Of a stretch of DNA of 64,000 nucleotides, positions 1-11,388 are shown in pieces. The DNA lies in NCBI GenBank assembly GCA_964036045.1, contig OZ038379.1:27404001-27468000 (forward strand). The letters are read 5' to 3'. The notes beneath the pieces are model-generated. The model searched no databases and was not told the origin of the DNA. It saw only the letters and a list, made by a program, of their open reading frames with translations. The DNA comes from Eutreptiella sp. 'Long Island Sound 2002'. Taxonomy: Eukaryota; Protista; Euglenida. The translations under genes were made by a program, and so were the position numbers. The first letter of the stretch is position 1. Every line of letters starts with the position of its first letter.

Positions 1-1535
1 GCTTGAGGGGAGGGTCGGGATCAGAGTCAGAGGACACCAAGGCACTCTGGTCATCCTTGGGTATGGTACCCATGGACAGTGATGAACTGACAGGGGAAGC
101 ATCCGGGGAGCCAGCGCCACGTGAAATGGGACCATACTCCTCGAGCAGTAAAGAAAGTGAGGAAATGAGGACAGGACACACACACCAGGGAGTACTGTTG
201 AATGAACTGTGAGCAGCGGACACACTGTCCTTCAGCACTGATGTGAGGGACACCAAGCGGCAGCGCAAGAAGCGAAGGCTCAGGAAACGCAGAAACCCAG
301 GACAGGGTCGATAATGACAGAGCCAGTAGCCCCTGCATAATGGTGCGGACATTTCACAGGTTTCAAGCACAACAATGCATGCATGTCTGAAATCTGCGTT
401 CTGACGCAGAGCTTTTCGTCACACGAGCCGCGTTTTATCGCGGCGAGCAGCAGCACACAAAAGAGACCTCCAAGCAGCTGAACGCCGCGTCCTGTCGCGG
501 ACAGGCACCCGGGCGTTATGCCGTCTGGAAGGACACAACAAGAGAAGGGATCACATCGGCAGCGGTATGGCCCATACACACACATCCAGCCAACCCCAAA
601 GAAGGTCAAGCCTCAGCAAGAACGCCAGCGTTTCAAAGTGCAAGCACTGAGCCAGCTAGACGCCATTGCGAACGAAGGACTGCAAGCAGTTGAAGCAGAA
701 CTGACCACAATGGCCTGGGCCCGCAATCAGCAGATTTGGCTCCGACTGGACCAACCACATGACACCAGGATGCACTGTGAGATTGTGGACAACCATGGGG
801 AACCATTGCTGATGAGCAATCAGGAGCTCTACTCGGTGATGGTCCAGATCAACTGGACCCTGAAGTCTCAGGCTCTGGCGAACATGCAGGTCCAGTGGCG
901 ACCCAAAAGTGCAGGCAAGTGGCACCCGTTCCAGTGGGAGGCGATCCTCCACTGTCCGACGGCAGAGGGACAAAAACAGGGCGCCGTAGCGCCCCTGAGC
1001 CACAGGCTCGACACGTCGTCACGTGTTGAAAGGCCGAAGCATGACTGGGGCTGCGAGAGTGCGGCCCAAGTGAGGCAGTTGGAAGCCAGTGGGCAAGGAA
1101 AAGTGGGCAGCATGCGCATGCATGGTGTCGAGCAGAAAACGTAGGCGCCACACACAGTACAGCAATGATCTGTTGAGATACCTGACAGCAGGAGCACATG
1201 CTGAAATGTTGAGACGCCTTTGCGCCACCAAAGGCGCCTTTGCGCCCCTGAGGCACGAGTACGACACGTCCTCACGTGCCAGGGAATGAGTGCAAGACAG
1301 GGGCACGACCTGCAGGGCAAGGGTTAGAGTCTAACCGGCACTGTGGGTGGGTGGTGGGTGCGAGCTGACCTCACTGTTCAGAGGAGCAGAGCCAATGCAC
1401 AGTCAGCAACCACCTGGTGTGGTACAGAACTGGTCTACGCTGCAGTGCAGCAAGCATAACACCGGACAATGTGGTTATGACCATGCGCCTGTGACACGGG
1501 GGCGTATGCGAACCCAGTTTCCGTTGCCTCATGGC
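1..1535 (+). mobile_element. 3' portion of RNase H-bearing LINE-like element, copy 1 (paralog of 8905-11142, lacking ~670 bp present in copy 2)
   Basis: 1-975 aligns by eye with 8905-9907 and 975-1535 with 10577-11142; it encodes the same Ser/acidic C-terminal extension (GSESEDTKALWSSLGMVPMDSDEL) that follows RNase H in copy 2. Confidence 0.8.
518..1144 (+). CDS. Unknown ORF downstream of LINE RNase H ORF (copy 1; C-terminal ~55 codons probably a deletion fusion)
   Basis: Same ATG and first 138 codons as 9453; 10 synonymous vs 6 amino-acid-changing codon differences between copies. Confidence 0.55.
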   Translation: MPSGRTQQEKGSHRQRYGPYTHIQPTPKKVKPQQERQRFKVQALSQLDAIANEGLQAVEAELTTMAWARNQQIWLRLDQPHDTRMHCEIVDNHGEPLLMSNQELYSVMVQINWTLKSQALANMQVQWRPKSAGKWHPFQWEAILHCPTAEGQKQGAVAPLSHRLDTSSRVERPKHDWGCESAAQVRQLEASGQGKVGSMRMHGVEQKT

Positions 1536-1757
1536 CCCCCCCCTCGCTGCCGGGTTTTGGCCCCAAAGTGCCGGACCATGGGCGCCGAAGGCGCCCTAAG
1601 GAAATTTCCCTTGACTTAGTAGAGGGTTAAAAATTGGGTTTTCACCCCATGTGTCTATACTCAAAATACTCAGTTTTTTTAGGAGAACCCAATAGTGGAT
1701 GAAAATCAAATTGGACCAAATATGAATACCACCCCTGTGCAGAGGTATGTCAGAGAT

Positions 1758-1826
1758 GGGCCCTACCCTAGTGGTAAAGCAGTGCCGTGCAACTGGAAGG
1801 TCCTGGGTTCAAACCGCAGTGGAGTC
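1758..1826 (+). other. tRNA-derived Pol III-like head (A box TAGTGGTAAA, B box GGTTCAAA) inside family D; not an intact tRNA
   Basis: Box motifs at tRNA-like spacing; paralog at 59277-59345; stems do not close. Confidence 0.5.
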
Positions 1827-1911
1827 AATATGCAGGACTATAGGCAGGATCAGGGACACCATGGGAATTTCTTTTTTGCTTTGCTTTTTTTTTGTTTTGA
1901 CTTTGTTCTCT

Positions 1912-2208
1912 TTGTTGGGGATCCCCGAGAATGCAGGCTTTCTGCCCACTTGTGGGCCTCCCAGAAGGCAGGGTTTAGGCATCCAATTTTGATTTTGTCC
2001 CCCTTGGTGATGTAGCATTTCCGCCCACTTGTGGGCCCCACCAATTCTGATTTTGTCCCCCTTGCTTTGGGGACCCCGGAGAATGCAGGGGTGATGTAGC
2101 ATTTCCGCCCACCTGTGGGCCCCACCTATTCTGATTTTGTCCCCCTCTCTTTGGGGATCTCGGAGAATGCAGGGGTGATGTAGCATTTCCGCCCACTTGT
2201 GGGCCCCA
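1912..2208. repeat. ~80-bp internal tandem repeat of family D (…GAGAATGCAGGGGTGATGTAGCATTTCCGCCCAC…)
   Basis: 3-4 imperfect units; the same unit occurs at 59440-59692. Confidence 0.8.
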
Positions 2209-5085
2209 CCAAGGGCACGCGACGCGTTCCTGCACACGATGCACCATTGTTGTATGTGCGCACGTTTCGGGCACGTAGTGCGCGGAGAGGATTTTTTTTT
2301 GGAAAAAGACGTAGTGCATGTGGTGCACACCCCCTCCCCTCCCCGTGCTCCCCCAAAGGGTTTCGAAACATACACCAACTCTGCCTTGAAAACAGCATGG
2401 TTCGGCCTGGGTGGGGCGCCACTAGCAAGAGTGGCCGGGAATTGACTCGGGGGTGCTATGCCCATAAACAAAAGTACCACCTACCATGCCCCCCCCCCCC
2501 TGTTGCAATTTTTTTTGCTCCTGCATCTGTACCTCAAAGTGATAAGTGTGATGAGGCGGCCATTTCACACCATATATGTAGGGGTCTGGAGCCCCCCCGC
2601 CCCCTCTCGATGGCCCCCTACCCCCCCTCCCCCCCAGACCCAGCCCCCCCCCCGCCGTGAAAGTGGTACCGAAGCGGGAAGGAGTCGGCGTATGGCCCAT
2701 TGTGACGACCCCCCCGGGCACCGCACCCCTTCTGCCAAACCTCTTGTAGGGGGAGCCCGTCCGGGCGAATCTATGTTGTAGTGGTGATGACTTTTTCAGT
2801 GACGTTGCAACAAGTAAAACTACCCATGCATGTGATCATTGACGACCCGCGGCCGAGATCTCTAGTGATACCTTGCACGGCGGGGTGATACCGTCCCGCC
2901 TGGGGGAATGGAAACACATTCGTGGCGAGTAGGCGGGGGAATGTGGGGGACGCCGTTGGGACCGGTGAGTTACCGGAACCCGTCCTTCCTTCCGCGACCT
3001 GTCGGCGGGCGACCCACCTCCTTGGGGCCACTTAAGCACGTGATTTTGTGGTGTGTAGGGTGTAAATATGGCTGGAAAAGCAATTGGAATTTTACCTTTG
3101 TGGTTGCACCTGTTGTTAGCCCGACTAGAACTACGTGCTAGCTTCATGGCCTACTATCCAACCAACTCCTACCAAAGCTGATAAAGACAATCCCCGAACG
3201 AGTACCTAGACGGTCCACGGTCGCAACTACAGTGGCCACTTGACGAATTCCCTTGCAGGAGACTCCACGACGCAGCGTCTGCAAATTCATCGACAGTGGT
3301 GAACGCCGACTCTAACAAGAACTGCCGAAAAGGCACACGGTCCATGGCGGCATTGCAAGTCAAAGATAACTAGGCCTCAGACGAGGTGATGGAGGTAGAA
3401 TACTTAGTAGAAAAATTGAGGTGCAACACACTGGACAACACACAGTGCACCAGCAACATACCATACAACAAATTAAAAATCAATAGTCATCATGTCCTGC
3501 TGAATGACAAGTGTGCTATGGAACCACGGGGTCCAAAAATGAAGAATTTTTGACAAAAAAAAGCGCGCTACAGCGTGCTTTTATGTGAAAAGGTGGCTTT
3601 TAAAGGCCGCTATTACCATTGGTCAAACACGCGGGGCAAGTGTCACGCAAGTGTAAAGAAGTGTCACGCCAGTGTAGTACCGTGAGTGTCAGAAAATATA
3701 CATCTTTTTTTTGTGTCGGTGTGAGTGTACCCCCATTGTGTTTTTTTTTATTCTCAACGTGAGTGCTAATGAAAAAAAATTCAATGTGACCGCTTTTGCT
3801 ACTTGGAGAGGTAGTGTGAGGCAAGCTCACCCCCACAGACATTTTGGGTACTCCAAGCATGGGCAAGGCAATGGAGCCGTGGCGCAGACGGATGATAATA
3901 GGGATGGGAGGGGAGACCCATGGCTGAGCATTGGATGCACCGCAAGTAGCTGGTGTACAACAGATTAGTTGGTAGGTTAGGGTCCATTGGGTTTGATAAA
4001 TAGAGGCAATAGGAAAGGAAGGGGTTGAGGGATTGGATACACTGCACCTGAAAACGCAGTGTACAACAGGTTAGTTGTTGTGAAAAAGGGGGGAGAGGAG
4101 GTGAAAAAAAGGGCATGGCACCTAGGGAGCGCCGTTCACAATGTCTTGAACATGCGTCACAAAGGCCGCCGGCGTGCGTTCAGCAGTGAATGTGCTCAAA
4201 CCAGTTTCGGGGTCCGTCTGCAACAATTGGTGCGGCAAAACTAGGGACTGATAACCACAGGTCCAACCATCAAGATGTTGGAGACCCAAAGCCTTGGCGG
4301 TTAGTGGGATACCTTTGTCGCAAAGCTACTAAATAAGGGGGCACATGTACACCCCACTTCCCTTGGCATCCCACAGAAACTCGTGCATGGCGGGCTCAAC
4401 AACTGCCCCCAACACAAACCAATGGACCCTGGAAGAACAACCGCTATTCGTAAAAAAAAAAAACTCTGCCACCAATGCTGTTCGGGTGACATCGTGCGAC
4501 ATAACCCCTACTGCCTAGGGTATCCCAAGCGCTTCAGAGCGGGGGAAAGAATCAAACGTGGCCCAAAAAGGGGCCGAGTGGCTACCCCTAGTGACCCAGA
4601 TTCAAGTCAATATGGTTAATTTGAATTTTTAATATATGAACCGGTTAGCATATTAATCTCGCAAATATTAACACGTTACCGTTCAATTTCTTTGATTGGG
4701 TCATTTGTACTCATTTTTCATGCACATATGACGACCCATAAGGGGTGTTACGTGGTATATTGTTGCACAACGGTATAGTAGAGATGTTCCAATGTTGTGT
4801 TGGTAGGTGTCTTGGACCCCCCCCCCCTCCGGTTGCCTGCATTCCCCCCCACTCCACACCACCATGTTCCTTTGTATAGCTCTTGTTATGCCTTTCTCTC
4901 GGGACAACCCCCCTCCCCCTCCAATGAAATACATAGTGTTGGGCACCTCGGAACAGTTGGGTATGCGGCCCAGGTGTGATGCGACAATTCGCACACCCCC
5001 TACCAACGTCTATGGTAGGGTTTCATCGGCTTGGGTATTTCCGGCCGTGGGTACCAAAAACCTCAAGACTGTGTGTCTCCGAGGC

Positions 5086-5215
5086 GGTCATGGGGTTCCA
5101 AATGCACCATGGGGTTAGAATTGTAGCATGGGGGTTGAAACGCATCAAGGTTGGTCATGGGGTTCGGAATGCATCATGGGGTTAGAAATACACCATGGGG
5201 TGAGAAATGTGTCAA
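5086..5215. repeat. ~19-bp minisatellite (CATGGGGTTAGAAATGCAC-like), ~7 units
   Basis: Recurrent CATGGGG(T) cores. Confidence 0.7.
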
Positions 5216-5744
5216 GGGGAGGGCATAAAAGAAGGTGTGTGTGTGTGTGTGTGACTATATTGGTCGGCCGACGCAACTCGGGAGGCCCTTAAGGCTATGG
5301 TGGGCCAGGCCTCCCTCCCCGCGCCATTGTGTGGGCCTTCCAGTCCTAGTGTGCATGCTACTACAAGGGAAGGAGAGGGAGAGTGAGGAGGTGTAGGGGG
5401 TGGGGGAGGTGTGTGCATGTAGCTCCGCCTCCTTCTTCCGCCCTAACGTCTTTACCTTGCAACGCTTCTTAGCACTTTGCTTGGGAGTGGTGATGGGCCG
5501 CTTTTTGCCCTTGCCGGGCACAGCTTTCTCTTGGGGGCACGGGGGGGCCGTCTCCTCGGTTCAGGTACGCGACTCCCCCCCCCCCCCCCCTCCCTGCCCT
5601 CTGGGCCCACTTAGTTACCAAGGGTCAATAGCTACCGGCCATACATATGGTGGCGCCGAAGGCGCCTGAAAATTTTTTTTCATTCCCCTTGCTCACGTTG
5701 CATCCCTCCCCGCCCAGGCGGTGGAGCACCCCAACGATATACTT

Positions 5745-5842
5745 GAACCCAACCTTGACTCTAACGCCCACCCCAACCCTCAGCCTGCTCCTAACCCTAC
5801 ACCTAACCCTTCCCATGACCCTAACCCTAACCCTAACCCTAA
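5745..5842. repeat. Interstitial telomeric-like (CCCTAA)n array, degenerate distally
   Basis: Perfect CCCTAA units next to 5843; further units at 6977-7000. Confidence 0.85.
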
Positions 5843-6868
5843 TCAAGACTGAATATTGGGACCGAGCTGGTGGGGGAGGGAACATCAGCTGTGACTGGTG
5901 AGGGACATCAAGAATGATTCACACATTGATGGCTCTTGACAAAATGAAATTAGCTTGCAAGTGAACCCCATCACCACGAGGCCCACTTTCAAGGCTTTTT
6001 GGACTTCTAAGGGGCCAAAATGCCCCAAAATGGGTTCAAAATGGGCTCATTTCACCCGTTTGTGCACCCCAAATGGTCTCTGATGAGGTTTGGAAAAATG
6101 CGTTTTTGACCCATTTTTGACCCATTTTTGGTCCCAAAACAGCCCATTTTCAAGGCATTTTGGGATTTTCGGAGGACCAAAATGGGCCACCACGAGCTCA
6201 AAATAGTCCAAAAACTCTTGTTTTAGCGTCGCACATGGTCTAGGATCATTTTTGAGAAAAGTCATCTTTTTGCCCCTACTGGACCCTGTTAACCCATTTG
6301 GGCTCCCACCTTGTTGGGCTTGAGCTTGCAGCTTGCAGCCTACTGGGCCTAGGTATTGGGGTCTAGGCGTCCGTTTGGGCAGTTCTGAGGGGTGGAAACC
6401 ACAACAAGTGGGGGGTTGTGGGTGGAGAAGGTGCCCTCGGAATCGCATTTTGAGCCATATAGCCAAAGATATGGCCTATTCCTGGTTTGTGGCTGTCAGC
6501 ATTTGGAGCTTCTGGGGGCCTTTTTGGGCCGTTTCCGGGACATATCATGGTGTTAGAGGGCCGCAAAGAGCTCGTTGACATGGGGAAGTCAAGCCGCACG
6601 TGAAGTGTACCCACCGTTTCCCTTCGCTTGGCCGTTTTGAATGTGTTCCAGGGCTTTTTTGGCCCAAAAATGGCTGTTTTTGGCCCTAAACTGCAGTTTT
6701 TGAAACTGAGGTCCGCCACTTGCGAATCCCGTTCCCGGCCGCCACCGTTGAGTTTCTTGCTCAAACTTTGTGTGTGATTGTACTTCACACCCATAGGTAT
6801 CATCCACCAAAATTTCACCCGAATCGGAAGCACCACGACGGAGTTCTGATTTTTACCCATTTCGCGCG

Positions 6869-6903
<35 letters not shown>

Positions 6904-6976
6904 GCTAAACCTGGTAGGTCCACCCTAGACACTAAAAAGGGTTATAAAACCAAGACTGGTTCCACGAGCTCGGTGA
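5843..6976. mobile_element. Telomere-repeat-flanked cassette, copy A (1134 bp)
   Basis: CCCTAA|TCAAGACTG…CTCGGTGA|CCCTAA; 13-bp sub-terminal inverted repeat at 5861-5873 / 6962-6974 (1 mismatch); (GCTT)n at 6871-6903; colinear with copies B and C. Confidence 0.85.
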
Positions 6977-7156
6977 CCCTAACCCTAACCCTAGCCCTAG
7001 CTCTCACCCCAGAGGGAGGGCAAGGGGAGGTAACGGGAGCCTGTGCCCCCCCCCCCCCCTCACCACCCCAAATCGCCCCACCTGGACCCCCCCCCCAACC
7101 GACCCTCCTGACCGCCCCCCCCCCCCAATCGCCCCTCCCTGAACCCCCCCCTCCAA

Positions 7157-7193
<37 letters not shown>

Positions 7194-7439
7194 GGGGCCT
7201 TCGGCCCACTTCTACTAGGGGGGGAGTCGCGTCTAAAAGCGAGGGGACGGCCCACCCGTGCTTGGGGGAGAATTTCCACCCCGGAAGAAGAGGTAGAAGA
7301 GGAAGAAGATGAGGAAGAGCAGGACTCCAAAACCAAAAATGGCCGGGGTGCCCTTCCTGCGGACAATACCCCCGCGCAGTGAAAAAACCCCTTAAACCCC
7401 CCCCAAACCCCCCCTTTTTTAAATTTGGCTCTGCGGCAG

Positions 7440-9216
7440 GTTGTAAGCATGATATCCGATTTCCGAGACTCCACCCCCTCGGTTTCCTGGCTGGGGCGAG
7501 GGCATGGCTCCCCCATGGGCTGCCCTCTGCTCGCTGTCTGCCGTTTGCGATCTGTAGGGGACTCCTAGAATCGATTGTTGCCGGCAGCCGTGGATGGAAG
7601 CCCCAGGAGGTGCAGGGGCCGGTGGTGCGTATATATATTGATGCGGCAGAGAGCCCGAGTTGGTTGGGTGAGTTTTATGTTGGCGTCTAGAGTTCCGTTG
7701 GCGCTGCTGTGCCCCGCTTTCCGCCCTGGGTGGACATGCAACAGTCACTCGAGCGGTTCGGCGTCTGTGCTTAGGACGTCGTTTGTGGGTCCACATGGGT
7801 CACCGCCATGTGGATCTAGTGCTCGATAATATAGGTGCCATAGAGCAGGTGCTCCGGGGGCGGGCGGCAACTCTTGTGGTCACCCAGCAGCGTATCGTGC
7901 GCCGCATCGCGCACCACCTCTGATGGCAGGGCGTTTCGTTAGGACTTAGGTATGTAGAGAGCGCTCAACCCGGCAGACTGTATGGGCATGTGGGGGTTAG
8001 GAATGGGGGCTAGGGACATGGTGGTCGAGAAATGCGCAAAGGCCCTGGTGTACAACCAGCAGCCGGGAAGGGTGTGGGGTAGGGTGGGGGACAAGGAATT
8101 GCGCCTGACTGTTTGGGATGGCATCGTGTGTGTGTGCATGTCTACCCCGCCCTTGTATAGTGTGGTCTCATGAGGACCTCGGCTTACGCTAAAGTTGTAC
8201 ACGAGACGGGGAGCGCGGGGATGGCCCGCCTGCCGGAGCCCGCACCCCGGATACCCCCGCCTCCCCCTAGTGGCGGGGGTATCAGCCGACAATCAAAGTT
8301 GGCAAAGGGCAACGGAGTCACGCCCGAAGCGCCCGAGGCAGGCAGGCCCGGGAGTGCTACAAGGAGTGCAAGAACTGATTGCAGAACTGGTGGAGAAGGG
8401 CTACAGGATAGTGTACACTGATGGATCGTCGAAGCGACTGGGCCACAAGGACATGCGCAGGGCCGGGGGATTTGGCGTGTTCGCGGCGGAAGACGACCAA
8501 GGACCAGAGGTACGCTTCTGTGGCTACGTACCAACACATTACAGGCAAACAAATAACGGAGCAGAGCTTTGGGCAGCCGTGGAAGCCTTACAGGGTTTCT
8601 GGGTGCCAAAATTGGCTCACAATACCTGCAGCTGGGAGCGACTGGCAGGGCCCAACACTGGAAGTCAAAGGGATGGACAACCACATCTGGAAAACTGCAA
8701 GTCCACGTCCCAGTCTGGGAAATGCTGCTCCAGGAAATGGCGACGCCGGGAAGAGAAGTCAGGTGGGAGCATGTCCTAGCTCATGTCAACGTGCAGGGAA
8801 ATGAGATGGCGAATGGATTGGCCATGGAAGGCATGTGTTCAAGCCCACTGTGGTCACAGCATGTTGCACCAAAATCATCATCAAGGTCAGAGTCCACGGT
8901 GGGTTTGAGGGGAGGGTCGGGATCAGAGTCAGAGGGCACAAGGGCACTCTGGTCATCCCTGGGTATGGTACCCATGGACAGTGATGAACTGACAGGGGAA
9001 GCATCCGGGGAGCCAGCGCCACGTGGGATGGGACTGTACTCCTCAAGCAATACAGAAAGTGAGGAAATGAGACCAGGACACACGCACCAAGGAGTGCTGT
9101 CGAGTGCACTGTCAGCAGCAGACACACTGTCCTTCAGCACTGATGTGAGTGACACTAGGCGACAGCGCAAGAAGCGAAGGCTCAGGAAACGCAGGAACCC
9201 AGGACAGGGTCAATAA
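7440..9216 (+). pseudogene. 5'-truncated, decayed LINE ORF2 C-terminus with RNase H (frameshift near 8610)
   Basis: RNase H1 motifs IVYTDGS, QTNNGAEL, WKSKGW, WEHVLAHVNVQGNEMANGLA at 8400-8830; basic tail RRQRKKRRLRKRR; the 5' boundary is approximate. Confidence 0.8.
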
Positions 9217-9452
9217 TGCCAGAGCCAGAAGCCCTTGCACAATGGAACAGGCATCCCACAGGCACCAAGCACAGCAATGCATGTCTGAAACACCTGTGTT
9301 CTGACGCAGAGTCTGCATCACATGAGCTGCGTTTTGTCGCAGTAGAGCTTGCAACACATGGGCTGCGTTCTGCCGCAGTGAGCAGCAGCACGCACAGGAG
9401 AACACCAAGCAGCTGAACGCCGCGTCCTGTCGCGGAAAGGCACCCAGGCGTT

Positions 9453-10094
9453 ATGCCGTCTGGGAGGACACAGCAGGAGAAGGGATCTCACCAGCAGCGG
9501 TATGGCCCATACACACACATCCAGCCAACCCCAAAGAAGGTCAAGCCTCAGCAAGAACGCCAGCGTTTCAAGGTGCAAGCACTGAGTCAGCTGGACGCCA
9601 TTGCGAACGAAGGACTGCAAGCAGTTGAAGCAGAACTGACCACAATGGCCTGGGCCCGCAATCAGCAGATCTGGCTCCGACTGGACCAACCACATGGCAC
9701 CAGGATGCAGTGTGAGATTGTGGACAACCATGGGGAACCACTGCAGATGAGCAATCAGGAGCTCTACTCGGTGATGGTCCAGATCAACTGGACCCTGAAG
9801 ACCCAGGCTCTGGCGAACATGCAGGTCCAGTGGCGACCCAAAAGTGCAGACAAGTGGCACCCGTTCTAGTGGGAGGCGATCCTCCACTGTCCGACGGCAG
9901 AAGGACACAGAGCAGTGCCCTCCTCGGTAAGCAGAGCTGGAGATTGCATGCATGTGTGGCTGGCAGGCCGAGCGGACCTCTTGCGATTGTTCCAAAGAAC
10001 GCTCTTCAGGCAGGCGGACCCGGTACCCGGGGACGCTGTGCGGTTCCTCTACACACTGCTGAACACGCCCCCATGCGAAAGAAGATACGCATGA
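9453..10094 (+). pseudogene. Unknown 213-codon ORF downstream of LINE RNase H ORF (copy 2; premature TAG at 9867-9869)
   Basis: The TAG corresponds to CAG in copy 1; the frame stays open to TGA 10092-10094 (…LHCPTAEGHRAVPSSVSRAGDCMHVWLAGRADLLRLFQRTLF…). Confidence 0.55.
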
Positions 10095-10154
10095 CAGGGG
10101 GTGACAAAAAGTAGAAGAAGAGTGGAGCGCATGGTGCCATGGTGCGGAAAACCC

Positions 10155-10296
10155 ATCGTCGTGGCCCAGTGGATACACCACACCTCTTTTGTCCTGTGGA
10201 GGATGGTTCGAACCCCGGGGGGGATAGCGATGCACCGAACAACCCGAACCCCCCTTTTTGGGCGCGAGAGAGAGGGCGCGAGAGAGAGGGAGAGAG

Positions 10297-10334
<38 letters not shown>

Positions 10335-10335
10335 G
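10155..10335 (+). other. tRNA-like Pol III head followed by (GA)n microsatellite (SINE-like)
   Basis: TGGCCCAGTGG A box, GGTTCGAACC B box, (AG)n at ~10265-10330. Confidence 0.5.
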
Positions 10336-11014
10336 AGCACAGTGGGAAAGGAACAGAGAGGTGCAACAGGAGAGAAAGAGAAGGGGAGAGCAAGAGAGAA
10401 TGGAAGGGAGAGAGTAGGAGAAAGACCCGCAGAGCGAGAGACCGGGGCTAACCGGCGCAAAGGGAGGTGGTGGGTTCGAGCTGACCAGAGTTCGAGCTGA
10501 ACAGGGTGGGTTCGAGCTGACCAAGGTAAAAGGGACGCCACGGCGGCACGGAACAGCCGAGAAATGTCAAGAAATGAAAAAGCAGGGCGCCGTAGCGCCC
10601 CTGAGCCACAGGCTCGACACGTTGTCACGTGTTGCACAGCCGAAGCAAGACTGGGGCGGCGAGAGTGCGGCCCAAGTGAGGATGACGGAAGCAAGTAGGC
10701 ATGAATGTGTGGGCGGCATGCGCATGCATGGTGGGGAGCTGAAATGGTATGCGCCACACGCCAAACAGCAATGATTTGTTGAATTGCCTGACAGACGGAG
10801 CACATACTGAAGTGCCGAGACGCCTTTGCGCCATCCAAGGCGCCATTGCGCCCTTGAGGATTGAGTATGACACGTCCTCACGAGCCAGAGAGCAAGTGCA
10901 TGACAGGGTCACGACCTGCAGGGCAAGGGTTAGAGTCTAACCGGCACTGTGGGTGGGTGGTGGGTGCGAGCTGACCTAAATGTCCAGAGGACCAGTGCCT
11001 ATGCACAGTCAGCA

Positions 11015-11388
11015 ACCACCTGGTGTGGTACAGAACTGGTCTACGCTGCAGTGCAGCAAGCAAAACACTGAACAATGTGGTTATGACCATGCACCTGTGA
11101 CACGGGGGCGTATGCGAGCCCAGTTTCCGTTGCCTCATGGCCCTAGTGGCGGCCCCACCATCGCCCCCCCCCCCCCCCCCACCCGCTACATATGCATACC
11201 AGGACGTGCATGTGTAGAGCGCTTTGAGACCTGCTCCCCCCCCCCCCCCCCCCGCAGCAACCACCTGGTGTGGTACAGAACTGGTCTACGCTGCAGTGCA
11301 GCAAGCAAAACACTGAACAATGTGGTTATGACCATGCGCTTGTGACACGGGGGCGTATGCGAGCCCAGTTTCCGTTGCCTCATGGCCC
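11015..11388. repeat. ~128-bp direct repeat (11015-11142 and 11261-11388; third copy at 1410-1535) around a poly-C/hairpin/poly-C spacer
   Basis: Near-identical ACCACCTGGTGTGGTACAGAAC…CCTCATGGCCCC segments; each ends in a CACGGGGGCG TIR-like start. Confidence 0.8.

Larger units (their letters stand above)
1495..2718. mobile_element. hAT-like non-autonomous TIR element, chimeric copy (family D)
   Basis: Begins CACGGGGGCG, has GGCGCCGAAGGCGCC at ~1581, and its body is colinear with 59010-60015; the flanks (GCCTGTGA / CACCGCAC) do not form a TSD. Confidence 0.65.
5538..7260. mobile_element. hAT-like non-autonomous TIR element carrying one telomere-flanked cassette
   Basis: ~43-bp imperfect TIRs (CACGGGGGGGCCGTC…ACGCGACTCCCCCCC / GGGGGGGAGTCGCGT…GACGGCCCACCCGTG); exact 8-bp TSD CTTGGGGG at 5530-5537 and 7261-7268; GGCGCCGAAGGCGCC at ~5652. 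Confidence 0.9.

Noticed and set aside
9318-10838. 506-codon minus-strand ORF
   Set aside because: Antisense shadow of the + strand ORF, and it runs through a (CT)n microsatellite
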